Shown in pieces: positions 23,401 to 33,700 of a stretch of 64,000 nt of DNA. A program made the position numbers and the translations under genes. The stretch comes from Macrostomum lignano. Taxonomy: Eukaryota. Location of the stretch: the NCBI GenBank assembly GCA_002269645.1, contig NIVC01001861.1, forward strand, positions 62,001 to 126,000. The letters run 5' to 3'. The notes beneath the pieces were generated by a model. That model was not told where the DNA came from. It saw nothing but the letters and a program-made list of their open reading frames with translations, and searched no databases. Each line of letters opens with the position of its first letter. The first letter of the stretch is position 1.

Positions 23401-24425
23401 TTTTCTCTCCTTTGGCTATTGACCTTGTAGGTCCACTGCCACCAGCTTCACACGGCCGCGACGTCTTCAAGTACATACTCACGGCCCAATGCGGCGTTAG
23501 CAAATTCCTGTTCACTATCCCGCTAACTGAGACAACTTCTGCAACTATCTGCAACAACCTCTTCAACCGTGTGTTCGCTTTCGCAGGACTACCAGCACAC
23601 ATCATCTCAGACAATGGACCCCAATTCATCTCGCAAGAATTTCGAGAGTTTATGGGTGCCCTTGGAATACACCTGATCTACACCTCGGTGTACCAACCAT
23701 CCAGCAACTTCGTCGAACGCGGACACAAGACACTGAAGCAAACTCTTACGGCCTTCGTCCATGACAAACCAGATCTCTGGATTTACTTCCTACCTGCGGT
23801 GACACTAGCAATCAATACCGCCGCCCACTCAACGATAAACGAATCACCATTCTACTTGTTCTTCGCTCGAGACTTTCTGCCACCCAACGCACGTATCATG
23901 GAACACCAGACAACTGCATACACGGACGTTATTAAACCAGTCAATTTGACCTGTTCAGCTATTTTGCTTGCCAGAGAAGTCGCCAAGGAACTTCTGCACA
24001 ACTCAGCTGAACAGCGCGCTGAAAACTCTGATAAGAAGACCAACAGCCGCTACATACGCCCAGGTACACGATGCTATTTGGATGTCTCAGCAACGAAGGA
24101 GACAAAATTCTCCAATCCTTATCGTGGCCCAATGCGTCTACTAGCATGGCTCTCCGATCAGAACGCACTAATTTCTGACGTCAACCGGCCAAGCGAACGA
24201 CCAATCGTGATACATGCCTCCAAGCTGAAACCATGGCCTGGAGATGGACTCAGCGCTGGACCTAGTCACCTACCTGAGTTCACAACTGATGACATTCAGG
24301 TCCACCACAACCATCGGCCGCCATTGAGCAAGTCCATCGCGCTGCAAACCACGTCCACTGATGAGCCACCAGTCCAGCCACAGACGCATGGCTACAACCT
24401 AAGATCGAAGAACAAGAAGTTGTGA
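20445..24425 (+). CDS. gag-pol: Gag / env-like fragment / RT thumb / RNase H / integrase polyprotein (1326 aa)
   Basis: Two CCHC knuckles (CFHCGRPGHYAADC, CNYCRKPGHSINQC), hydrophobic LLALFLLCLVTSLFSLANA, TNFYRTHIAGYS (RT thumb), LHTDASDTAIGAVLSQ and VFTDHQPL (RNase H), HLGHQKT...YYW...CKVC, AIDLVGP / SDNG / FVER (integrase) and PYRGP. No D[ST]G protease or YxDD motif. Confidence 0.93.
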   Translation: MPDNVEFTNPLADHFEQNRTHSPAPSSILTDVDETVQQVPNAIAEESTLDIADQEAAPHVDAAATNAVRELTDVMNRSLQLQSNHPVSATALAKIRQSLKGIDQMHDFRSFTEEFDLITCSFGLSENAKIRLFPRLLNDLLKLEYSRLSAVVQASYPATIEALSQRLREVTIGSALTLHNATTRKQQYGEPFLSYFTDIRRKLRSAMPEIPEEFPEDAGPETLPANQAVIDQRNRDFLATLMATTINNALPYIKRELLKQNITTESTLINKAIRAEQIRDSTMDSDGTDLKALTERLTTLEKTTKEANQQVVASLQTQTKPLTANVQQKPTCFHCGRPGHYAADCRRRNDEQPRPFRPNSDDRRNAAHYGSDAPRNRYQQVPPRLTCNYCRKPGHSINQCRLRAQRTQGYGPPATQQSRFPPRQDYRNRPQQRYPPRYNDTNNQRQALRFAQQQYPPIRAITAQDPKTSHPGWNQQPQIGWTTHDAPESAQLMHIATVDERPPTFGNEIRYSGDAKQLKSLLKKPTTAAATINSIRLCTVERVTNAYTPPNNNNNRKNTVKASVGIRQSLLALFLLCLVTSLFSLANATPVTTSTPPSIERQSHEGFIDTPMVCPYIQIPRIFTIPHEIRCEQLKHQTTPTLPLKLELYTTNFYRTHIAGYSRVVQPLLSIIKNTSKPNKFVWTNAAQTAFEKLKQLLSTDILLVHPNPRKPYFLHTDASDTAIGAVLSQLDDNNHQRPVAYISKTLSSTEQRYSPIEREAYAIYWAIKKLHVFLYASYQQFHVFTDHQPLKRLFSDKQPISKRLQKWILAIQDYNFTLNYVNGKSNVVADCLSRIFKVCQIQSLSTFNGLQAAIDQDPLLSTIKALLSEQSPTHELSKKDQQYVRRHLARYFLDGNTLYFEDDEGRSRLVILTRYREALLTSNHSTALGGHLGHQKTADKISHFYYWPTLRQDVYNFVNNCKVCHKAKTAPRLRPLHKAVKFNEFFSPLAIDLVGPLPPASHGRDVFKYILTAQCGVSKFLFTIPLTETTSATICNNLFNRVFAFAGLPAHIISDNGPQFISQEFREFMGALGIHLIYTSVYQPSSNFVERGHKTLKQTLTAFVHDKPDLWIYFLPAVTLAINTAAHSTINESPFYLFFARDFLPPNARIMEHQTTAYTDVIKPVNLTCSAILLAREVAKELLHNSAEQRAENSDKKTNSRYIRPGTRCYLDVSATKETKFSNPYRGPMRLLAWLSDQNALISDVNRPSERPIVIHASKLKPWPGDGLSAGPSHLPEFTTDDIQVHHNHRPPLSKSIALQTTSTDEPPVQPQTHGYNLRSKNKKL

Positions 24426-24729
24426 ATGATCAAAAATCTTCTAAATTTCTTTTCTCCTTTCTTTTCCTTAACTGACAATATTGCTTTCTCTTCCTTTCTT
24501 TCTCTTCTTCTTTTCTTTCCTTCTTTTCTAACAATTTTGCTCTCTCTCCCTGCATTGCGACACTTTACGTGACTATATTGACGAACTGACACAAATGAAC
24601 TTTTATTTTCTGTTTTATCAACAAAAAGCTACAAAAATTTTCTTTCTTTTCCCTCTTTACATTGCAGAGCTCACACGCTAAAACAACATTTTGTGTATCT
24701 ATTGCTTTTCTCCCTTTTTCCTTTCTCTT

Positions 24730-25659
24730 ATGGATCCATTTTCGCAACCAGTGGATATCCGACCACAGTTAAATCATGATCTTATTTGCCTCGCAACCGT
24801 TGTTGCTTGGTTCACTGAAGCAATATTTTATTCTGAAACTATTGGTGAATCCCAACGGCTACGCATGGCCTCCGCTTTCTTCTCTCGTTTTTATGTTATC
24901 CGCCATCATCGCTTTTATCCTAAGATGCTCCGCGTCCTGCGAATTAGTCTATTTGGTGTGCTGCGTCGTACTCACTCACGACCACGTATACAGAACTTTT
25001 CTCCCACTATGACTGGCGTTCTACGCCGCAGCTTCGTACCAATTATACATTTTCTTTTCTCTCCTAATATGTCTATCGACGATTTCTTTCAACTCTCTGC
25101 TTCTACTCTCCCTCAATCATGCCTGCGCTTTAACCAAGACACTTGGCCTTTGTTGCTTTCCTCTCTGCGCTACCCATGGCAACAATTCCGCCATGATGCT
25201 GCTAATCTTTCGGCGCAAAAGTTAACATCTACGCTCCAAAATTATTTAACCTCCTTCGATTATCTCGCCCCTTATGTTTATCAAATTTTTGCTCCGTTTT
25301 TTCCCCGTCCTACTAAGAGCGCTATCATACGCACGCTAAATCGTCTGTATCCGCACAATTTTTTCTTCACCCACGCTGTTTTCATTCTCTCAACGCGTTC
25401 AAGAAGCTTTGCTTTTATAATTATCGATTTTTATTCTCGCTCGGTAGTTGCCCATACTATCTTCCCTTTCTCTTGTCCTCCGCTTCGTCGATATTTATAC
25501 AATATTCACCGTATACGAAATGCTCATGTTGGCTACCCTAACACCTTGCCAGAGTATGCCGCTCTTCATACCTTCTCCATCAAGCGTATTAAGCATTCTC
25601 CTCCTTCTGATCTTAATATTAATTTTGCTCGACTGGCATACGTTTTTTATATGATTTGA
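24730..25659 (+). CDS. Accessory ORF downstream of pol (~309 aa), weak integrase-fold resemblance
   Basis: Uninterrupted ORF from ATG 24730 (MDPFSQP...) containing THAVFILSTRSRSFAFIIIDFYSRSVVAHTI. Confidence 0.6.
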   Translation: MDPFSQPVDIRPQLNHDLICLATVVAWFTEAIFYSETIGESQRLRMASAFFSRFYVIRHHRFYPKMLRVLRISLFGVLRRTHSRPRIQNFSPTMTGVLRRSFVPIIHFLFSPNMSIDDFFQLSASTLPQSCLRFNQDTWPLLLSSLRYPWQQFRHDAANLSAQKLTSTLQNYLTSFDYLAPYVYQIFAPFFPRPTKSAIIRTLNRLYPHNFFFTHAVFILSTRSRSFAFIIIDFYSRSVVAHTIFPFSCPPLRRYLYNIHRIRNAHVGYPNTLPEYAALHTFSIKRIKHSPPSDLNINFARLAYVFYMI

Positions 25660-25867
25660 TTCACCATCATCGCTCACTATTTTAATCCGCTTTTTCTCCA
25701 ATATTGAGCGTTGAAACGCCACACATTTTTTCCCAAAAAATACTCACAAATATTTTCCGTTTCTCTGCCTATTACTCCTCCGTTATTTTGCGCTAACCTT
25801 TGTAAAGCCTATGCTATTTTTTTCTCTGTTATTCTGTCAACTGCTTTTTCGAACGTCATCACGCACT

Positions 25868-26130
25868 AACCTGCCCAACCCTGCTCAACCCTGCTCAACC
25901 CTGCTCAACCCTGACCTACACGACTGCTGCTCTGTGCCTGGTCTTTGCCAATTGCTGCCCCTGGCGCTGCTGTAACCAACTTCAAACAACAACCTTGCTC
26001 TACACAACTGCCGCTCTATGCCTGGTCTCTGCCTACTGCTGTCTCTGGCGCTGCCTCAGCCAAAGTCGAACAACAACTTTGCTCTACCCAGCTGCCGCTC
26101 TATTTTATGCCTGGTTTTTGCAAGTCGCTC
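25868..26130. repeat. 10-bp (ACCCTGCTCA) x4 followed by a degenerate ~87-bp tandem duplication
   Basis: CTGCCGCTCTATGCCTGGTC...CAACAAC(C/T)TTGCTCTAC recurs about 2.3 times. Confidence 0.8.
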
Positions 26131-26699
26131 GACCTCTGGTGCTGCTTCCACCTAAGTCAACCAACTAGCACTAAGGCATATGGCTCAACAACGTCTGTTC
26201 TTTCATGACTGCTCAGTCTGCTCATCTGACAACTTCGGCATCACATCATGTGGTGGCCCTGAAAAAGGCCGTTGTAACGTTCAAAGGACGGCAGAGCCGG
26301 CAGAGCAGCCAGGGCGCTAACACGGCCGCTTCTACCGACTCCACCGAAGGCGCTTCCGCGTCGGCCGCGGCGGCCGGTGTTTCTGATGGGCCCGCGCGAC
26401 AGCAACAGCGACGGCAACAACGATAGCACTGTTGGCAGACCGAGCACTGGCCCAACAGTGACAGTAACACTAGTGCCCCAGCACCACCAGGACCACGATA
26501 GTGCAAGTCCAGCGGACGTCAGCTTTATCACAATGCTCCTGCGACTGTCGTGCTAGATCTCCTAGCAGAAAGCGCAAGTTCTTCATGGTACTCATGATGC
26601 TAATTAGAGTGGGAATTAATTTGACCAAAAACACTTTCGGTTAAAAAAATCACCTAACTCTCCTCGTTCTGTTTTAGTTTGGTGTTATATACCCCTTTT

Positions 26700-26959
26700 G
26701 GGCCTTTTCATATTACCAATTCCAGAACCAGAATCGGTTCGGAATTCCAAGAAAAACAGCAGTATAACTATTAAACTCTGTTAATATTTGACTGCCTTAA
26801 CAACCTAAATTAGCACAATTTTTCACTTTCTTCTTGGCGATTGTCATTCAATAATAAAAACTGTATAGCACGTATCTCCCTCTAGTTATGGAGACAAAAA
26901 GTTATACTTCACAAATTGGTTCTGGTTCTGGAACCAGAGCAAGCAATATGAAAAGGCCC
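26700..26959. mobile_element. PIF/Harbinger-like MITE inside the Gypsy 3' region
   Basis: TIRs GGGCCTTTTCATATT / AATATGAAAAGGCCC, internal inverted CCAGAACCAGAA, and a 3-bp TTT flank on both sides. Confidence 0.75.
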
Positions 26960-27518
26960 TTTGACTGTACAATTTTTCCTGGAATTTTCACTATTTCATG
27001 CTCCCTATTTAAAAGATTTTAACCTCATAGCTTGTACATATGATTTATTAACTGCGCGGCTCCTTGCTACAACCACCCCAACTTTCACTGTATAACGATT
27101 TTTATTACCTTCCTTCTAACTCAAACGCGTTTTCATTTTAAGCTTGTGTCGCTAAACCCCCGTTTTGCTCTGTACACCTATTTTATCGATTTTTTTGGTT
27201 AACCCTCGCTACGTTTTATTCCATCCTTGCTTAACTAGTTTAGCTTCGCCTAACTAAAGGCCCTCTGCGCTATCCCTTCTTTTGCTATTTAGACTGATGT
27301 TGTACTTTAACCTATGTTACCTTGCTTAAATTGGTTCCCTTTTACTCAAACATTTTTGCTAACATTATTCACTGCGCACTATTTTTTTCTGCAACAACTT
27401 TTCTCGTTTAATACAATGCGTTATCTTTTTCTGCAATTTTATCAATTTTAGCCCCCTGCTATACTTTTTCTGTTGTTATGCGCTCGGAGGGCCTCGCTTC
27501 CCCAAAAAATAGAGCGAA

Positions 27519-28174
27519 TTAAGTGACACATTTTGGCTCTAGAAACTTCCCATCCAGATTGAATGTATTTTAACCAACGAATGCGCTCCAACTAGCAAAA
27601 GCTGAGGACACGACCCCAACCTCAACCAATGAAAAACAGTTATGTACCATCCAATGCGATCAAGACTGAAAAGTACTATAAAAGCTCATGTTAACCAACC
27701 AAGAAGCTCGCGCCTCCCTGGCCTTTTCTCTCTTCCGCCTCTCTTTTGCCCTTCTCCTATCTTACCTCCTTTGACTACTTTTGATTGACACTGCCAGGGT
27801 CTCGGCCCAAACACTAAAACTGATAAATTGACTCACTAAAACTAAAACAACAACCAACCCACGTTCCACAATAGACTGAACCTTCGGTTCCCCCGAACAC
27901 TTAGAAACCCCTTTGAACTCGAACAAAACGAGCTTCTTATTTGGAATTCCATCTTAGACCTTATATTTTGTAAGATAACATCTCGAGATTGTGACCATCA
28001 AATACAACGGTCTGTAAGTTACCATCAAGTGTTTGCATCATCAGGAAAAGTCAGTTGAATCCGCCGCCTCAGTTATTTGGCTCTCACATTGATATTTGAA
28101 GTAGAACAAGAGCCATAGAAGTGAGAGACCAGAAGAAGAACAATAAAACCCACATATTATTTTAAAATATTTCA
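27519..28174 (+). repeat. 3' LTR
   Basis: Direct repeat of 15270-15924 with the terminal TG mutated to TT. Preceded by purine-rich AAAAAATAGAGCGAA. Confidence 0.95.
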
Positions 28175-28399
28175 GCGCCTCATGTAAGTGGTGCCGGCCA
28201 GGTAGCGCAGAATGCTTGTTCTCTTCTGGACTTTGTCCGCTAGGGTGAAGACGTCTCAAAAAAGACAGCTAAATTGGGGTCGAAAATGATCCTCATAATT
28301 TTCAGGTACAGCGCTTGCGGAAGTGGCGCACCGTTTGATATAAACACGCAGTTAACGCGGGTTAGAAAGGTGGCCGTAAATTTTAAAGTTGAGAAAACT

Positions 28400-30400
28400 G
28401 CATCCACTCCTACGAGGCCGACCCTCCCCGTGGCAGTAAGCATGCAGGGTGGGTGGGACGCTGACGCTTCTTCCCGGGCCGCCAAAGCGAACCGTCCCTC
28501 CCGGCAGCATGACCCCGCGGGCAAGGGTGAGCACGTTACTGAGGGCGGAGCCGACCGACGCCCAACGCGCAGCACCAGACGGCGTGGCCTGTTCCAGCGA
28601 GCAGCTGCAGTGGTCCGCACCGCCAAAATCAGTTAGCTGAAGCGAAAGGTCGCCGGGACGCTCAGGCGCACCAGTTCGTCCAGGGACGGTGAGGACGTCC
28701 CAGCTAACTGGGCCCAACCCCTTGGGGCAGGGCTGACTGGAGACGATCCGCCTGCCAAGACGGCTGGCTGTTCCAGGGCATTGGGCCACTCCGAGGTGGA
28801 AGACCCTGTCGCCGGTGGGCGAAGGGCGGCGAATGTCGCCTACTCCCTTCCGACTGGTCAGGGGTCGATCCTCTGTTGAAGGCACTCACGAACGACCGCG
28901 TTTTTCTAAACTTTCCCAGCTGTAGTAAAGAGACCTGATCGCTCGGTCACAGAGAGCTCTGAAGAGACTCTAGAGCTCATGCTCAGCAGTTTTTCCCTAA
29001 ATCCCCGACCTAGCAGGGCCCGCCTGACAACACCGTGAGAAGGCATGGCCTAGCAAAGCCTTTTATCACCAAAGACCACATTACTATAGAGCGGCAAGGT
29101 CCTTTAACTTGCTCAAGGCGCCTGGGCCCGATGGCATCTACCCAGCGTTCTTGCACGTGGCGGTAAAAAACCAACGCTTTTTTATTAAACCTCCTTTGTC
29201 GTCTCCTCCGAGCTTTGTGGAACTGGGAAATGTAACATTTGCATGGAGAGAGGCCCGGGTGGTCTTTAATTTATCCCAAGCCTGGGAAGAGCGACTACCA
29301 ATCGCGTATGGCCTTCAAGCCTATCTGCAGTCTCCCCTCTTTCTGATTTAAGCTCCTCGAAAGGCTGGTGCTTTGTCGCCTGCTCTCGGTCGAGCTGAAG
29401 CGCTTCCCACTCCACAGAACCAGCACACCTTCCGTGCGGGCAGGTCTACTGAGAGTGCCCTCCGTCATCGTTTACTTGGCGAGGGCCGTTCTTGGCAGCG
29501 GCTTTGCCCGTTCGCTTTTCCTGGACATTGAGGGGCCTTCGAAAATGTCATCTTCGAGGTCTTGGTAGAGCCCTGGAATCCAGGGCCACCCACCCTCACC
29601 TTGTCCGGTGGATCATGCTCATGATCCGAAACCGCACTGTTGGGGCCCACCTGAACGGCAGCTCAAACGGCGCATGTCCAGAAAGGGATCCTCAGGGCGG
29701 GTTACCCCTGTTCTCTAGAACAATGTCATGGATGAGTTGCTTTGCAGTGCTCTTCATGACCCTATTCTCAAGGTGGGCTATGCCGATGACGTGGGACCGC
29801 ATATGTCGACCCTCGATTTCTCGGTCGACACAACCAGAAATTTGCTGGAGCGTTAGGCAAACCAGATTCAGAAACTACAGCGGTTATATTTACCAACAAA
29901 CTGCTCTGGACCATGAAGCCCTCGCCCTCTGCCCTCTATATGGAAAGAGCATTTCTCTGCCGGCGCCCTTCTGCGGGCCACCGGGCCCCCATCCCTACCT
30001 CGGTGGTCAACTCCCGCGTTAAGCGCTGGGCTGACTCCGAGCACCTCCGCAGGTGGCACGACACTCGGAATTGCAGGAAATACCATGCTGCCATCCCCTG
30101 TTCCCTCCCCCTCCTGCGTAGAGCCCTCCTCAGGCTCAACCACAGAGACCTCAGGGCTCAGAGCAGTCAGCATGGCCCTCTCCGGGCATGGCTACTTCTC
30201 TCACCACCGCTTCCTTCAGGGCCAGGTACCCGAGAGCGGTGCCCCTTCTGCCGCTCAGGCAGTGAAAACGCTGAGCACTTTGGCATTGCCCGGTCTTCAC
30301 CAGAGACCAGGCTCATTCAACTCGGATCAAACCCGTTAAGTTCTCCCTGACGTTTGCAGGCCCGCGAGAGCATCCTGCTGCTCGCCCAGTAACTTCAGGG
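28400..30400 (+). mobile_element. Decayed non-LTR retrotransposon (R1/LOA/Tad-like) ORF2 remnant
   Basis: Frameshifted motifs in order: GWDADA (APE end), VRTAKIS*, KAPGPDGI (29115), FLDIEG[A]FEN (~29520), PQGG (~29690), GYADD (~29778), SGHG and CPFCRSGSENAEHF (CCHC, ~30241). Confidence 0.85.
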
Positions 30401-30559
30401 ATACGGGACGAGCTAAGTTCTTTCCCACCGCCAGGAGGACAGGCAAGACGGACGGATCCCTCTGAGCGACATCACTTCGACGGAAGCTTTTTATCGCCAG
30501 GGGCTCGCGGAATAGCCACGGTCTCCTCCATCTTCTCGCTGCCGGCCTGACGATGTTCC

Positions 30560-30760
30560 CCTGCAGCTACATGTAAGTCGTAGTCAAGCCTAACGACGAA
30601 AGGGCAGATGCCGTCTGGCCAAATCGCTTTAGATGGCTTGGACAGCCTAGCTCATGGCCCACTTGACGTCGTCGGCAGAGAAGAGGGGGACACATCCCGA
30701 GTAACGCGCGGAGGGCCTTAAAGCGACAGCGGACGAGGCGTTCGAACAATGCAGGCGGGG
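30560..30760 (-). mobile_element. LINE RT N-terminal fragment, probably the upstream part of the minus-strand LINE at 14.5-15.3 kb
   Basis: FSADDVKWAM, then frameshifted PSKAIWPDGICP (KAxGPDGI-like). Confidence 0.55.
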
Positions 30761-33700
30761 TTTCGTGAATAGGCAGTTGAGCCAGTCTATCGTCTCAGCT
30801 ATAGCGTCAGATGAGGCTGGTAATTTTTCGTTGAATTTGATGATGACGTTTTTAGCCGCGCTAGGCAGTCAGACAGATTTTTTGAGGGTAGACAGAGCCT
30901 GGAAGTAAGGGCAGGTTGATGACTTTGAGGACATTGTAAAGGAAATTAACTCGTTCCAACGACCCGGTCTTCTCTGCGATTGGTTGTGATTGAACATCTG
31001 CGATTCTCAGGTCCGACGGGTTGCTAGCGCGAAGCGCGTCACGTTTGGATAAGCTGGTGGATTTTACGGTTGGGCAAGGGAACGGATTCTGCAGATTGAA
31101 ATTTGAATCGGCTCTTCAGAATCGCGGTTTTCATGGCTTGCAGGATAAAAGTTTGCAGAAAGCGATTTCTTGGGCATTTAGTGGAGCCTTCGTCTGCGAA
31201 GTTGTCTAGAGGTCTCTCGAGTGTTTTCGTGAAGAGACTGCAGGTGCCCGTCTGAAGTTGATAAAACACATGCAAGCTGATTTTACTTGTTTACGGGTAA
31301 TATTTTTCCACCATCTTTGCCCAACCATTGCAGCTGAATAAACGGTATGCTACATACTTTCATATTGTAAAGGAAAGATGGTGGATTCAGATTAAAGCGC
31401 GGAGGGTAAGCAATAAAGAGGCTCTCAAATGCTGGGAATGCTAAGGGAATGAAAAAGGAGTTTATCACGTGAATTCAGAGTGTCATTAAAATTAAAATTA
31501 TTCTTTTCTATGAATCACATATGTAGTGCGTATTGAACTGGAAGCAACGCAGTCTGGCGCCGTTTTGAAATAGAGAAAATGCCAGTTTCGTTCCAAGTTT
31601 TTTTCGAGTGTAAAACCGGGGGGGGGCATAGAAAATCCCGTTCCCGCGGTTCCCGCATAGAAAATGAAAGCCATATTCTTAGTTTAAAATCACTCTATTC
31701 TTCCACGTTATATTTATTGCTGAACCTATTATTTCTTTTTCTGTTATCCGCATGTGGTACGAAATTAATAATAATAGTAATACTACTACTAGCCTAAACT
31801 ATTGTGTAGTCTCTCACAGAGCCTATTCTTTCGGTAGGCACAGTTTGCTTTAGTAGGCCTTGCTCTTAGGCTCTAGTCTTAGCTTAGTCTTACCTTATTT
31901 TTATGCCAATTTTGGATTTTATACAATATGATCGTTTAAACGACCGTCGGCATAGTTTATGCTCTGCTATGTGTTCTAGGCCTAGTTGTTTTAGAATTCA
32001 AAAGCAGCTCTGTGAAAAATATAGAACTAGAAGTTTAACACAGATTGCTTTTTGCAGCTTTGTTCTAGGCCTATCTATGGCTCAAAAGTTACAAATGTGC
32101 TTTTATTTTAAAGTTCAAAAACATGATGGAACCCTCTTGTGGAATTACCCATTTATAGTTTTTTAACAATTCTAAATGATGATATAGAAAATTCTAGTCA
32201 CTTTTGTCCATTCAAAGAGACAATTCTTTGTCCATAATTAGGCCTAGGGCCTAGAGAATCTCAGAAATCTTTTAGCATTGAAATTAGATTCAAAACACCA
32301 GGCCCTATTTCAATAGCTAGGGGCCTATTTGAATCGTTAGATTTTGAATCATGTATATATAGTAGCATTTAGAATATACATTCATGAAGTCATGAAGTCT
32401 TGTCCTGTTATTGACAAATTTGCTTAGCTTGTTTTAACTGTTGACAAATTTGATTTCCTCCAATTTCTTAAATTTTAGATCTGTTGACAAATTAGATAGG
32501 TTGTTCGCAAATCTTGGGTGGAGCAAAAATTTTAACAATTTTCCGAACATTTAGGCCTACTATTGTTACTGCCATATTGAAAATAATAGGACACTTTCAT
32601 CTGTGAATAAAGATAATTTTTGGGTTGAAATTTATGTTACAAAAATGTTTTAAGTTATCTTGCAGTATTAGGCGATGAAAAAAATTCAAATTCAATCACT
32701 TCACCTATGTCCTAATTTTTGACACTATGATACAGTCTGTAACTTAAAAAAGTTGTTGTGTTGAAAACTTGCTATATTACATAGAAACAAAAGCTTTTAT
32801 AAATTTAATTTTAGAAAATGTTAAAAGACATAAACTGCACTATAAACAATTTTATAGACACTTAACTAAATGCCTAGCATTCCTGGTGGTACAGCCACTT
32901 AGCGTCTCACAAAATGTATTTTTTAGCTGATGCCTAGAATGAGTGCTTAAAATGATACATTTTGATACAGATAATTACAAAAATATGTCTTATTATCTTT
33001 TTTAAAAAAAACTTTTGTGAAGTAGAACATTAATTAGTGATAAAAATAATTAAAAACAAACATGTGTCGTATAAAACCATACTTTGAAGCACAAGATAAA
33101 TTTCCTATAACCACATTAGCATTCTTCATAGAGCACCTTTTTGAGCTGAAATTTTACATAGATATCCACTAAAGTGAAATGAGCAAATGATTTTTTTTTA
33201 TTTTTGAAAATATTTCAATTTGGCTATATATTAGTAGTTTATTTGACAAATTTATTATATTTTTTTTGAAAATCCTTGTAACCAAGCTATAGAGGTACAT
33301 GTTCAAAACTGGACCTTGAAATTTGATTTGAATGATCAGCTAATGTGTATCTTGAAATGATTTTTTGTTTTTATCAAGTCATTCTATGCTACTCTTTATT
33401 TGACTAGAAAGATACAATATATTTAGAGTCAATTAGAGAAGCATTTAGGCTTATTTAAGAGTCATTATAGTTCTAATTAGTCATCATAATATTTGTCAAC
33501 TTGACAAAAATTAACTTCTAAAAGCCCTTATATATTTAAATTAAAACAACAGTGTGTTAATTTCTGGACCAATATTTTGAAGTAACTGACCTTATAAACC
33601 TTTATTCAAATAGGCCCCAAGCTAAAAAATGAATCAAGAGCTTATTGTGTGCTATGTCTAAAAATTTTTTGACTCTCAAATTATACTAAATTAGTTAAAT

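Larger units (their letters stand above)
15270..28174 (+). mobile_element. Full-length ~12.9-kb Ty3/Gypsy LTR retrotransposon, lacking protease and RT core
   Basis: Two ~655-bp LTRs, a 4-bp TSD GCGC (15266-69 and 28175-78), a PBS, a purine-rich tract before the 3' LTR, and RT-thumb/RNase H/integrase order. Confidence 0.95.

Noticed and set aside
30800-31275. Missing first exon of the NACHT-like gene
   Set aside because: It has an acceptor-like site and moderate GC, but no ATG-to-donor path in the right phase could be established.
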